Shown here: positions 47,035 to 64,000 of the stretch, one piece after another
Layout: the number at the start of each line of letters is the position of its first letter
Numbering within the stretch: position 1 is the first letter of the stretch
NCBI RefSeq assembly: GCF_009914755.1
Contig: NC_060928.1
DNA from: the human T2T-CHM13v2.0 reference genome, Homo sapiens
DNA: 64,000 nucleotides
Reading direction: 5' to 3' (one strand)
Notes under the pieces: generated by a model
Told to the model about the DNA's origin: nothing
The model's database searches: none
The model's input: only the letters and a program-made list of their open reading frames with translations
Position numbers and translations under genes: made by a program

Positions 47035-47097
47035 TCTCCCTCTATGGCTAAAAAGAACTATGACTTGAGGGTTATGGAACGAGCCAACTCCTAGTAA
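47035..47097 (+). repeat. 63-bp copy of 49238-49300 (end of the R3HDM2 CDS)
   Basis: 61/63 identical by direct comparison. Confidence 0.92.
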
Positions 47098-47299
47098 GAA
47101 CATCATATTAGGAGTTGAACGCATTGGAATATTTTAGCTAACCTTGTATTAATAATATGCTGAATCAAATTAATATGCTGTAGTCTTATTTCAGACCACC
47201 AAGCCCTAGCTGGGGCTTACCTACACAAAGTAAGGATATTTCTCTACCACACAGGTCTTTATCATTCTCATCTCTGTTAGTTATTGATAATTTATTTAA

Positions 47300-49993
<2,694 letters not shown>

Positions 49994-50739
49994 TATATAG
50001 TGATCAGCTTCCACTTTGGAAATGTAATTAGAATGTGCCCCTTCAGCACCTGATCCTAGATAAATTGTTTTGAAATTTGTCACCATTAAAAAGTGTTTTT
50101 CCACTGAAAGCATACTTGTATTGTTCATTCTAACACCATCTCACCTTCACTGAGCTCTTTAACTTCCTAATTTATAAAAATGTAAATTAATTATGTCTAA
50201 GAGTTAAGATCCCTCCTAATGAAGAAGAGGTAGTGGGATAGATTGAAATTACGAGTTGAGATTGGGGCATTGGTTAAATTCACAGCTCTGTGTCTCAATT
50301 AACCTTTCAGGCCTACAATTTTGCACTTACATAAAAAAGATGATAATACCTAAAGTAAAGGATTAGTGCACATACATTCATTAAGCAGAGAATCACTATA
50401 TTGCATCATTTAAAAATTCGACTTGGTCATCAGGCTCATCATGTCCCCCATTTTTGACTGGCCTTCTTCTGATTTAACTTTTCTCTCTCACAAACCCTAT
50501 ATTTCTGAGATACTGTCCTGTCCCTCATTTTTCATTCAAGTTCCTTGAAGGATTTGTCTCTACTTCTCTTTAGTTCCTCATCTGCATTCATTGCTCAACC
50601 TGCAAAAATCTGATTTAAAAATAAGATTTTTAACATACTTTTTCTGGTTCATATACGTCTACATTTCAAAATGCAATCTATGTGTCAGTAACTTAATTCA
50701 CAACTGTCAGGTACCTACTCCTTCCTCTATTCTCTTATT

Positions 50740-51190
50740 TTTATTTAAATACAGAAAGCTGGTTTTTAGCCTGTCGAGTTACCATACAGATTAAAAGACT
50801 CTATTCCCAGGACTTCTTTGTAGATTCGTGAGATACAATAAATTCTGGCCAAAGAGATGTAAACAGAATGGTGATGGAGGTTGATTAAGTGTCTTTAAAA
50901 GAGAAGGGTGATGTCTTCTTCTTTTATTCCATTTAGCTATTGGAGACACCATTGTGATGAAGCATTTACATGCAAAATTTTGGGTCTCATAAGAGGAGGG
51001 CCAGCCCTTGGGATGGCAGAGTGGACATCTGGAAAAAGCCTGGATAACTTTGTTGAGCTCAAATTAGCCTGAGTTGCCTTCCATAGCCTTTTTCGACTAG
51101 AGGAAATAAATTTTGATTTTGCTTAAACACTTGTGATATGGGAATATATCTGTTCTGTGTAGCTAAGCTAATCTGATCAGTTCTACATAT
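50740..51190. mobile_element. Old MLT1-type LTR
   Basis: ttcccaggacttctttgtagatt...aattctggccaaagagatgtaa; gatggcagagtgga...ctggaaaaagcctgg. Confidence 0.55.
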
Positions 51191-51999
51191 TTGACCTAGA
51201 CATCTCTGATGAGCTGCAGTACTGTATTACAGGCTGCTGTTTAATATTTTAAAAGAACCTCAAGCTTAATCTGCCTGAAACCAAATGCCAGTATCTAGCC
51301 ACTAATTCAAAAACATTAAACTACGTTTCATCTTCCCTTTGTAATAGAAAATAGCCAAAAATACTATCACCAAATAATTTTTGAATTCATTTCCTCCTTG
51401 AATTTACCCCCTTTTCAATAGTATATTCTTTTTATCTCTTTGTCAGTTACAGCAATTTAATAGTATATATCAATATGCTCACTGAATCTTATATATTTGG
51501 GTAAGACATTTTATGATATTGGTCAATTTTATTAATATTTTATTAACAATCATCAATAGTGATGTCTAAAATTCATGTACAATAACAGTAGCAATTATTC
51601 TAGGAATAAGCTAACCATAGATTGCAATACTACTGATAGGCTGTCTCATTCATTAACATTGTTTTTCATATTTGGAATTGAGTACTACAGAAAATCAATT
51701 AAACACTCTGGTATATTGTAGGAATATTTCTTTATTGACTGAAGAATTCAGTCAGTATATAGATATATTCATTTTCAAATCAACTTTATCCCAGTGGTGA
51801 GAAGACAAGATTTGAATTCCATAGCTAGCAAGTAACCATTTCCTCACGCGAACACTTTGCTATCTCAGCTAATGCAAAGTGTCATTAATGTGAAGTCACT
51901 AAAATAAAATTTGAAAATTGTTGAATTACAGAATAGTTTTACAAAATTGAAGTTGCACTGAGTTCTGGTTGAGCATGTTTTTTCTAAATTGCATTCATG

Positions 52000-54290
52000 T
52001 GACAAGTGAATGAATGCAAAACATTCACACAAATACAAGAAACGGAGAAGAAACTACAGCAGATGAGAGATGTCAAAAAGTTTTGGTAAAAGAAAAGTAG
52101 ATAGATACATAGTAACGGATACAGTATAGTAAAGAAAGCCAATGCCAAAGCTCCCTCAAGGGAAAAACCAAAGGAAGCAAACCAAGTCCTTCTTTGCAGA
52201 CCACTGAATTACTCAGAAATGGGAAATACTAGTGACTTGTAAAGAACTACTAAAGCTTGTGGGATGAGACTGAAAATAATGAGGTTTGTTGAATGACAGG
52301 AAAGATTACTTCTCTAAAAATACTTTTAACTTTCCTACCAGTCCTTAAAGTAGCCCTCTCTTCTCAACACACATTAACTTTATGGAGATGTTAAGCAAAA
52401 GAAGGTTTTATCTTTGGATCACCAGACACAGCTGACAGGAGTGGAGGGGAATACGGGAGCCAAATAAAAACAACAGGCTTAATATGAACATCTGCATCAT
52501 CAAAAATGGAACTCCCCAGCCAATTTCATACATTCACCTGCAGGAGATTAGAAAATTCTTCTCTATGAACATCAGACCAGGATAAATGGGCCCTAAACAT
52601 TTATACTTAAAAATAATTAAGTGACTCTCCTTACTGTGAGGTAGACCAGCCATTTGCAAGCTGACTCATGCACACTAAGCATCCAATCAACTTTTATTCT
52701 GAGCAGTAAATCAACATTTTTGCTCAGCATTCAAAACTGAATGGATGGTCAATGAGTAACACATATAAACCAGTCCTCTAAATGAAAAATAGTGAACAAA
52801 ATCAATAAATAGAAAATAAATCTTGGATGAAAAAGAAGAAACATAGAAGGATAATAATTCAAAAGAAAATATTAATTTTTCCAGAGACATAATAGAAGAT
52901 AATGTATCCATAAGAGCACAATGAGATTATTAAAAAAGTAAACTGAGAGTAAAAGAAATAACTCTTAGAAGTTACTGCATGTAATAACAGACATAAAAAT
53001 ATCCACAGAAGGGTTGGACGGTCCAGTTAAGAATACATTTTAGAAAGCAGAAAAATCACAAAGATATGGAAAATAGACAATAAAAGGTAATACAATTCGA
53101 GCACTGATTTAAATTTTAAGGAAAAAAAATTCAACAAAAGAAAAGAATAAAATCATCAAATAAATGATATCAAAATATTTTCAAAGATTGAAAGATATTT
53201 ATCTTTCAGAATGTACAAAGGCCTGCTGAGTACTCAACCCAGTGAAATGTATTTTTTTGTTTGTGTTTTTATGGGGAGTGGCACACAGGATGTACCATTT
53301 TGAAATTTTGGAATACCAAAGATAAAGAGATAATCACAAAATCTTCTGGAGAGATTAACAAGCACAACAGTTCACATTAGACAGATCTGGATTTAGAATC
53401 GGAACGTCCTAAGATTTAGAAGAAACAACTTCGTCATTTGGAAAAATACTAATTTCTAAACTAGAATTCCATCTTCAGTCAAATACCATGTTCAATAATG
53501 TTTCTCATAATTGTAGAATTTCAAAAATGTAATGCCCATGATTCCTATCTCATAAGTTTCTGGAGGAAATGTTTGCTAAAATTAAGAAATAATAGAAAGA
53601 GGATAAGCAAAAGACTGAACACATGAAAAAGGCAAAAGGAATGTCTGGGATGTCGGTGATAGGAAGTCTGGGGTTAGCAGCTATGTAGCTGACCTAGAGA
53701 TCAGCTGTTCCAGAAGCTGGCATTCAAAAAAGGAAAAAAAAAAACACCCAGGAGATTACCTGATGTGTTTGTACTGACAGGATTTATAGTGTTTCTGGAG
53801 TGTTGGAGTGGTAGGTATATGCAAATTAAACACATGATAAAACAAGTCATAAACTCCAATAAAAACAGTTGCTCAAGAAACCAACTGTATTCAAAGTATA
53901 ATACTAAGCTCAGATAAAAGCAAATTTATATGCTCATAATAATGTAAACACTAAATAATATTTTAACCAAAAAATATAATAAAGCTCTTTTGGGATAATG
54001 GAGAGAGAGGAAGCATGTTTTTATATGTATGGGCAGATAGTTAAAAGAAATCTCACTCTGAGACATTAATAGAAACATAGATTCTAAAGTAGAAAATCAA
54101 GAAACAGAAATATCAGAGTACTGCTTGGGCCATGCACAAATACCAGAAGAAACAGCTGAAAGATTCACAGTATTGCCCCTGGGGATTGGGTGTCTTGATA
54201 GGGAGGCTGGAGCAATAGATCTCTGTTTTGTTCACTGTACTGTTTGATTAAAATTCTAATGTATTACATTGAAAAAAAAATTTAAGTATT
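52000..54290 (+). mobile_element. Old L1M fragments (5'/ORF1-like and L1MC-type 3' sequence)
   Basis: A-rich; ggcctgctgagtactcaaccca, tgaaattttggaataccaaagataaagag, ctagaattccatcttcagtcaaa. Confidence 0.55.
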
Positions 54291-54628
54291 TTTAAGAAAC
54301 TGTAATAATGTGAAGTATGTTAAGCTCTAGAACAACCAAATATTTCTTACGAAGATAAATGATATAATTAGTAAGTTGTAACCATGACATAAAGTTATTG
54401 AAAAATAATGCTTTGAACATTTTCAACTATTCTTAAAATGTTGAAACCTGCTCATTTCTAAGTATGTATACTTTTCCTTAGTATATACATAAGTATATAT
54501 GTATACTTTACATACTTAGTATGTACACTATTTTTTTAGCATACCTTCTTTTTCACTGTCAAAAAATCATACTAGACTTAAATTTTCAGAAATTCTAAAT
54601 TAATGAAGTACAAATTAATGTCTCATAT

Positions 54629-54733
54629 CTGTTAGGCGGCAAAATCTCAAATACTGCCATGAATTCTGCATTTGAATAAATCTCAACTGAAAAGTAACAA
54701 AACTGAAAGTAATCTCTGTACAAGTCTAATATT
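54629..54733 (-). pseudogene. Candidate exon (105 nt, phase 2 to 2): ILDLYRDYFQFCYFSVEIYSNAEFMAVFEILPPN; donor apparently GT>AT
   Basis: tttttatgctgtag| acceptor, open frame, ends CAG|atatga. Confidence 0.5.
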
Positions 54734-55273
54734 CTACAGCATAAAAATGTCACTATTAAAATTTTTTTAAAAAAGAAAGTCTCCATTAGCTATCTGAAGT
54801 TGAGAAAACACATAAACAAAAATGTTCTCCATTCTATTACTTGTGCATTATCAGGAGACTTCATTTCTGCAATTTATATTCCCACAGTCGTGTGCTAATT
54901 TTATGAAGAGTTACTCTGTTGCCTTTTTACTAAAGTGAGAGAGCAATGAAAATATTATGGGATTGGCCTGTAATGCATTTGTAAAGGTGAAAACTTAAAG
55001 TGAAATCAAATGGGACATAGGAAATCAAATGAGTTTAAGGATTTAACTATAACCATGGAATAAAAGGTTATTCAGTTTTGCAAATTCAAAGCAGTCTCTG
55101 ACGAGTCTAATTTAATGAATAAAATTCTTGTTTCTTTTACAATAGACCTTTAAACTATTTCTACTCAGCAGTCTTAAAATGATTTCATTAGGAGGTACTG
55201 GAGTTATTGAGCTGAAATGGCAGCTGCTGTTTTTCTTAGTTTCCTTTATTCCATAAAAGGATTGGTAACTTAC

Positions 55274-55338
55274 ATTTGGCTTCAAAACACTTCACTGGCA
55301 ACTCCCCTCTGCTTTTGTTTCTCTCCCAAAAGTTTAAT
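55274..55338 (-). pseudogene. Candidate exon (65 nt, phase 0 to 2): IKLLGEKQKQRGVASEVF*SQ
   Basis: ctctaaattag| acceptor, AAT|gtaagt donor; 97-nt intron to the upstream exon. Confidence 0.55.
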
Positions 55339-55435
55339 CTAATTTAGAGTTTTCAAAGGAGATAGATAAGGTTCTTTTTAAGAGTAATTAAAAGCGTGAT
55401 GCCTTTCAGTCACTAATTTCTAAACTGGGACTTAC

Positions 55436-55492
55436 CTTTCAAAGAAATATTAAAGTAAAATAGGTAAAGTTTATCTTAGTAAATACAATTAT
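55436..55492 (-). pseudogene. Candidate exon (57 nt, phase 0 to 0): IIVFTKINFTYFTLIFL*K
   Basis: cctcccttccccag| acceptor and AAG|gtaagt donor, both near consensus. Confidence 0.6.
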
Positions 55493-56799
55493 CTGGGGAA
55501 GGGAGGATCCATATGTAAACTAAGCTCTCTGTGCCTGTGGTTTAGCAATATCCACAAGAAAGACAGATTAAGTAGCTCTCAAATTGCATTTTGAATTGTT
55601 CAATGGGTGTCAACACATTAAATCCCTTACTCTTAAAGATCTAGGTGATATATTTTTATATTTGAATACTTCTTTATTGTAAAAATATACTCAGTGCTTT
55701 CTGGTAACAAAATAGGTTTGATACTGACCCTAGATTTGACCATAGATTTACACAGGTTCCAACAAAATATTACTTAGACAAAAGTGTATGGTCTGGAATC
55801 TTTTGGTGAGCCATTTTAGAGTGAACAAAACTAAACCAAATGAGTAGGGAGAAATGTAAATGACTTTAAAAATCCTCTGGTTCAATTAACTAAGGGCAAG
55901 CTCTCATACGTTTCACAACTAAGGATTCTTCTGAGGATACAAATAGGCTAATTAAATAGGTAACATTGTGCCTCTTAATTACTCTCATTTCTCCCAGAAA
56001 GACATTATATAAATTTAACAATCTGTCTACAGACACTAAGACATATAGTTTCAACTTTATATGATGAAATTAAGTTAGAAACACATCTACAAGTAAATTT
56101 GTATAATTCCATATATCTTCCGCTAAAATAGAGCTCATTGTATACAGAAGGAAGAATGATTTAAATGTGATTGAGAAAGTTTTTAATATATTATAATTGT
56201 AAATATATTAATTCATTGCACTATAAGCCTATAAATAATAGAAAATTCATTGAGAAACAGGTTTGCAGCTAATGAGGCATGGCAAATCAGTAAGCTAAAT
56301 ATATATGGAGCAGTTTTTAAAAGTAGATTGAATACAATCTGTAATGATGTAATGTATCCATCAGAATCTAAAAATAGATAATACATACAAAAAAATTTTC
56401 TTTATCAAAGCACTTTTAAAATAACTAGTCAAGGACTTCACACAATACTGAAATTATTATTTTCATTAATGTAATTTTTTATTTACTTTATATAAATATG
56501 GACCATTTCATAGAAATCTTTCTGAAATGAATTAAAAAATATCTCTGCCTTGTTAAAAGGCATACAGGTGACAATATTTAACATGTTCTTCTTGACTGTC
56601 ATCATTATGAACATCACATATGTAGAACTTGACTGAATTTATCCAGGTTTCTGTTTCTCTAATATTATTATGTCTAGTGATAGTCCCACCTTTATCCTGG
56701 GATCCATCCCTCCTTTTCTAGTCTACATACATCTATGACCCAGACATAACTAACTGGTGGTTCAAAACTCGGGTACTCACACTGGCCCTACCATCTTAC

Positions 56800-56847
56800 C
56801 ACTTTTCCTTTGAGAATATTTTTATCCAGAAAAGTACTTGTAAGCAC
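56800..56847 (-). pseudogene. Candidate exon (48 nt, phase 0 to 0): VLTSTFLDKNILKGKV
   Basis: ctttgtggtag| acceptor, GTG|gtaaga donor, open frame. Confidence 0.45.
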
Positions 56848-57849
56848 CTACCACAAAGTTCCAACCTAATTATTTCATGTTTTTCTAAAATAAGTAAGTA
56901 TGTGAAGACAGTAAGCAAATAAATAAGTAACCTTGGGTGGATAGACACACTGGTAGAACAAAACTATGAAACTTTAGCAGGACAAAATCTTCCAGAGAAC
57001 TACACGAAATGAGCATTTTGTCACTACAGATTTTGCATGCAGAGGAAATAACATTTTCTAAGATTAGTGCTTATCTAATAGTATAACCAAATGAACTGAG
57101 AGAAATCTTATAAAATGTATATTGGAAGCACACTGAACATGTGGTACATTCCAAAAGTGCCCATTATATTGACTTTCAGCATCTTTAAGCATTTTCATTA
57201 CTACTTGACTACAAATCAGACTTTTGCAAAGGCCAATCAATGGAGGCACACAGAGTAGTCAAGTTTGACAGTTCACTGTCATCAGTTTCTATATCAAATT
57301 TACTTGTTCAAATAACAGTAACTAGATTTGTCTTTGCTTTTTATTTCCTTGCATGTATTTTACTGTTAGCTACTCCCCATAAATGATAACGGTGTTATTA
57401 AGGTAAACAAGAAATTCCTCCAAGGGTTCCTGCTGGGTACGCAACATCCGGAACCAATGTTCTATCTCCACTGACACTTAAAATACTACCTCAAATTTCT
57501 GCAAAAAAGACAACTAACAAAAAATAGAAACTTATTCAAAATCTCTTTAAAAGCCTTCTTGCCATTAGAATGACAAAGTTATTTCAGTGCTTCTGCCACC
57601 AATTTAGTGGCAGTGGGAAAACATTTGCCTAGTGGGAAAACATTCAATTTGGTGGCTACTGAGAAATCAGCTTTAAAGCAACTCCTGAAGGAAACCTTAA
57701 AAAAGAACAACCAAATTTTTGTTTTTGTTTTCTCTTCTCATGGCATAACAACCATATTCACTTATTATCCCATTCAACCTCACATCTGTATTTTATAACC
57801 TCCACAAATTTCATATGAAAAAGTGCTTAACTTAAAATTAAGAGATTCC

Positions 57850-58055
57850 TTTAACTTGCTCTGCTTTTTCTGATCTCTATGGCACTTTTAATGTCCTAGC
57901 ATTCAAGATGATTTATTTATCTGATATACTTATTTGATATTTTTTGTCTATACACACACACAAATGAAGGCAAGAACATTGTTCACTAATGTGTTCAAGC
58001 ATCTTGGCATATTACAGGTGTGCTATATATATTTGTTGAATAAATAAATGAATTA
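57850..58055 (+). mobile_element. L2 3' end
   Basis: atgaaggcaagaacattgttcact...atttgttgaataaataaatgaat. Confidence 0.65.
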
Positions 58056-59085
58056 AGTAATTGATCAAAATTTCTTGCCATTTTTCATTTCAAAGTGAAA
58101 TTACATGGGGCATTACAAGTTACTAATTTCTGGAAGGCTCTATATTATATAAATGTGAGTCCACAAAAGTAAAGGGTCTAATATCTAGATTATCATACAG
58201 GTCCATGTAGGCACAACATATATAAATGATTTTTCTTAGGCCCTAGCTAAATATGCAAAATAAGTCAGTTGTACTTCTATGGCAACATCCACATCTCGAA
58301 GATGTTTATTTTATTATTTTACTTTAACCTAGGCAACCGTTTAAGTATTGAAATCTCAACTAGTACATTTAAAATACTTTTTAGGGAGACATATCCTGTG
58401 GGACTGTGGTAGTTTTAGGTCTAGTATTAGTTTCAGGTGAAAAGTTGCTCATTCTCAACACACTATCTGACTCAAGAGCTATCAAGGTGAGTAAATTATT
58501 CAAAAAGGGAAGATAAAACCTGGGGCCCATTACATGTCTCCATCCCAAAAGAGACTCTTTGATCGGTCTCCTATTTTAGCAGATTTTCATGGCTTCACAT
58601 TTTAAAATGAACTTAGTTCAATACATTTAACTAGAATCTCCTTGGGTTTCTATAGATGTATCCCTATTTTTAACTCCAAATGCTGGAGTGTTCAGACTTT
58701 CAAATGCTGAAGAACTATATCTTATCAAAAAGCAATAAAAATTCATTGAAAAGTACTTAAGGAACATACAAGTTTTCAGACTCTATCTTTAAGGACCTTG
58801 AAAAAGAACACGGAAATAATATGAAGAAATAGTTTCAATCTGGCTTTATTTAAATCTGCTTATTTCAGATAAGAATCAATAATGTTGATATATCTGCTTG
58901 TGTTAAATGGTGCAAAACAATTGGCCAGCATGAATGTGAGCAAATGCAAACAAGAATACCTACTGGAAAATTGTAAGTTGATTATGAGTCAATAATTATA
59001 AAGTAATTGAGTATATTAAAATGAATAAACAAATTATGGTGAGGGAAAGAACAAACAAATAAAACAAATAAAAATCCCACACTCG

Positions 59086-60030
<945 letters not shown>

Positions 60031-62200
60031 GTAAACATAAATAAAAACGAAGTAATGTTTACTTATCAGAGGTTTATTCTGTAATGTCAACCCTACACTG
60101 AGAATATCTCATTCTCAATTTCCTCCTCTACACATGAGAAATTTTGATTAGATAAAATAATTTCAGTTTCAAAGGAAAAGGGGTGTCACATTTTACAAGG
60201 TTCAGTATGTAAAACAAAACAACAGGAAAAGCATGCAGGGCACCAGAGTTTGACCTGTTTACCTCGCTTACTTTCACTTACACTACCCCATATGTGTCTG
60301 AATAACTGTCATTAAAACCTTCAGATACACTTTGTAAAAGTTTCTCGAAGGAATGAAGTTAATAGACTGCTCTAATGCTCAACATTTTTATTCTCCATGA
60401 GATGCCACAGTATAGCTATCGATCATCAATTTAAGGTTTATTCTCTTTCTTGATACCATATATAATTTTCTCATCATTCTCGTGAATATAATACTTTCAG
60501 GGTGTATATCAGGCATAAAGAACAGCAATTTTGTACTTAACTTTCTCATAGATAGGTATCATACTTCAGGATAATAAATCAGAAAAGTATTGTATTTTCA
60601 CAACTTAGCAGTCAAAGCATATTTGCTTGTAACTTTTAAAACAGAAAATGAAAGAGACAGAATAAAAAATTCTCTGTCATTGGCTTGATATGTAATTTTA
60701 AGAGTTCATTTAGTTTTAAATTCTCATTTTAATATTAAATCAAGCGGTCAATGAGTTTTATACTCTTTCTAATGTATCTTTATTTAGCAAAATTTTTTAA
60801 ATGCATCTTAACTAACATTCAGAATAAACTTGAGATTCAAAATACTTCTCACCAGCATTCTCTTATCAAAGGAAGGCTATCTGGTGTTCTTATATTAAGA
60901 CCAAAAACAGGAGGTGGTTAAGAAACGGGGCTAGAATGACAATAAGCTTAAATATAAAATTGTTAAACAATTGAAAAATCTTCTGTCTACCTGCAGTAAC
61001 ACATGGAATTTAGCTGTGTATACTGCCACCTATAATTCACTGAAATATAACACATTCTTCTTAGATAAAAGAAAATTCACAAATGTTCCTGAATGCAATA
61101 AAATTCTGCAAGGACAGTGTGAACATCAACAATTTAAGACAAAAGCACCATATTAAATAGAGGTCCTTAAATATCATGGCATTTATCTTTTTAATTAATT
61201 TTTAAAATTAAAACTTTAAGATCTATTAACATTTCTGCTATTACCTATAAAAATTCTTCTTTGTATACAATAGATCTGATTTTAAAACAGAGACATAAAT
61301 AGGAGTTACTGTTACAGTCCCCAACCTAAGAATCAGATCTCATGCTCCCAAGCATACCCTTATTTTAAACATATAAATATTATGTAAGTCATGAGAATGC
61401 CAGCTAAACCCAAACTACTAATTTTAAAGAGAAAAAAGAGAAACATTTTTACTTAGAGAAGCAATTGTTTTAAAATTATAAATGAATTTTCCCATCTCAA
61501 CATAGCCTAGTTCTGACACATTGTTAAAAAGAATAACGATAAAGATCAATAGACTTTTAAAATAAACAAATCATGTGTTCTAGGTTAAATATTTACTCAT
61601 TCTTTGCCTTTCTGAGATAAATATAATCTTATTTTAATTCTAGGAAAAAATATAATTAATCAGATAAGAACCATTATACTAAAACAAATAAATGAAGACA
61701 TAAAAAACCTTTAGGAAAATTCCAATGTGAATTGCGATAAGAAATAAATAACCATCAAAAACATCAGCAACTTAGATTTTCAGTCAGAAGAGAATTTGTC
61801 AATGCTATCCATGCATGTTAGAAATAACAGACCTCAGGATTCCAAAATATACTGTCTACTTGGGCCCTGAAAACCAGCTTACTATCTTTCCAACTGAAAT
61901 AAGCCACCTTCCAGAGTGTCTTGGATTTTAACACCAAAAATTGGGTTTTTAAAAAATCCTCTTAATGAGGAATATTTTAAAAGGCTAACAATTCTACTTA
62001 CCCCCTCTTGCTACTCCAATGTCAAAAGAGGCTTACATTTTAATAACAGACATATCCAAAATTTTCAAGCCTTACTTTCCCCATCCAGAATCTTCATCTG
62101 TTGCTATCATCACTGGTTCACATGACTAGGTCTACCTAGGTGTAGCTCCCAAGAGAAGGTTACTTTCCATTTAGTGTCTTGCACCATGGAAAAAACTTAC

Positions 62201-62556
62201 CATTTCTGCTGTCCTTCAGAAACTTCTGTTTTGTTTTGGGTTTTTTTTGTTGGTCTGTTTTTGTTTTTGTTTGCCTTGGGGAGTAGATATGAAAAGGTAC
62301 AATGTTAAGCCCGGTTTTAAAAAACATACCTGAGTGATATAAATATTCAGTACGCTATAAATTTAGTTACCCCGTGGTTTTATATATTTAATGAATGCTT
62401 AAATCCATCCGTAATTAATATTTGTGTATTGTATAAAACGAAAAAACTAAACCTTCTTTTTCACAACGGTTGTGCAAGTTCTCCACTGTAATCCAAGTAT
62501 ACGCTGTGTGTAGCATCATCTGATTTTGTGATCACTTCTGTTTCACAGATCTGTTT
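62201..62556 (-). pseudogene. Cluster of small candidate exons (62453-62556, 62330-62354, 62201-62225 or -62274), possibly the 5' part of the same decayed gene
   Basis: Donors AAG|gtttag, CAG|gtatgt and ATG|gtaagt; locally raised CpG; frame ...ILGLQWRTCTTVVKKK|RTEYLYHS. Confidence 0.35.
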
Positions 62557-64000
62557 CTATTTTATTATGACAAAAACAAAGTTTTAACTGCAATGCCATT
62601 TTTTCCTCACGTGTATGTGTGTGTACACACGTGAGCATGTGTTGTACATTTCCACTTAAACTCTTGCATTCTGGACAACCGACCTACGCTTTATTAGGTG
62701 GCCAAAATACAGAGTTAAGTATTTACAAACTCCATAATATTTAAACCACAAACAATATGAGTGTGTCAGTTATGGAATAAAGAAGACTGGGGTTAGCCAT
62801 CAACCCAAGAGAAGAAAAAAGAAAATATACTATGGCAACCAACGTACCATATTTGAACTGAAATATCTCCATTTCAGAAGGGTGAAGAACAGAGACACTA
62901 GAAGCTAAACAGTGTCCCCTCTGACTTGAAATTCAAGACATCATTTTAAATCTAACAGGTCAATCAACCTTTCTTTTTAACTTAACCCTGCAACATGCTT
63001 CAAAATTAAAATACCTCCTGATTCTACCTGGGGCAGCAAATGTCTTTCTGTATCAGCCATACTTACTCTGAACATCTAACAGTCTCATCTCAGGTGGTTT
63101 CTTCTTAGTATGACATCATGACCTTATAAAATGAACAAAACAATTCAGAATATTGGCCATTGTACTTACTCTATACATATTTATATATTCAACATAGTAT
63201 TATGAAATGAGAAGAAAATCTGAAAACAAAAGAAAATTATAAGAAGAGATACCACTTTTGAGTAGTGGCAGTTTTGAGAAATGCACTGTATTAATTGGCA
63301 CTTGTAATTAGGTATAGTGAATTTTTCATTTTAGGTAAAGTTTCTTAAAAATAACATTTTAAAAGACTTGTTACAAATCAGATTATTAAAAACATAGCTT
63401 GTGAAACTGAGGTATAATATCTTAGAAATATATTTTAAAATTTAAAACAGAAAGGTAAAAAGTCAAGCATTCATTCATCCAGTCAGCACATCTTCATTAA
63501 GTACTAATTAGTTATGCAGCCAACAAATCCATCAAAAACTGTGACCAACTGAATGCTTGTCAGGTTCCTTGGGCTTAAACAATACTTTTACCACTGGTGT
63601 TATCCAGCAAAATGTAAATATATTATTGTTAAATTAGGTACTTGGTTAGGTAGTCTGACTAGGTATGGTTTAAAAAAAAGCTTTGAGAAAATCAGCAATC
63701 AGCACTTTACCATTAAATTAGCAGCAGCTGCCAAGGTTCTCAAATATATATGCTAAGGAACAAGCAATAATATTAAGTTTTATCACAATTCTAAGACTGA
63801 ACATTGGCTATTAGCCTAAGACATACCAAAAGCATTGCTCAGGTGTGAATGCTGAATAAAAATCTCACGCATTTCCATTGACATCAAATTGGCCAAGCTT
63901 CTAGTGGAGATGGGGAAAACATAAATCAATGAAACAAAATTGAGGACTGCTGGAATTATGCATTTAAGCAACTGGGTCCAAATTCAGGATATTGGCCCAT

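Overview
AT-rich, repeat-dense primate (probably human) genomic DNA containing Alu/FAM/FLAM SINEs, old and mid-age L1, L2, MIR, MaLR and ERV1 LTRs, and hAT DNA transposons. No intact known protein-coding gene is recognisable, and most track ORFs are repeat-derived or random. Two non-repeat elements stand out. The first is a + strand processed pseudogene of R3HDM2 (~47.3-50.0 kb) with a 63-bp copy of its own 3' CDS junction just upstream. The second is a decayed multi-exon gene on the - strand (at least 32.7-56.8 kb, possibly 26-62.6 kb), found by reading splice sites. Ten candidate exons join in one phase-consistent frame that carries many stops and one destroyed donor. The reconstructed peptide resembles, from memory and unverified, CPED1 / tubulin-tyrosine-ligase-like motifs. 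A spliced 81-aa ORF is open in an alternative frame of three of these exons. Repeat boundaries are approximate and subfamily calls were made by eye.
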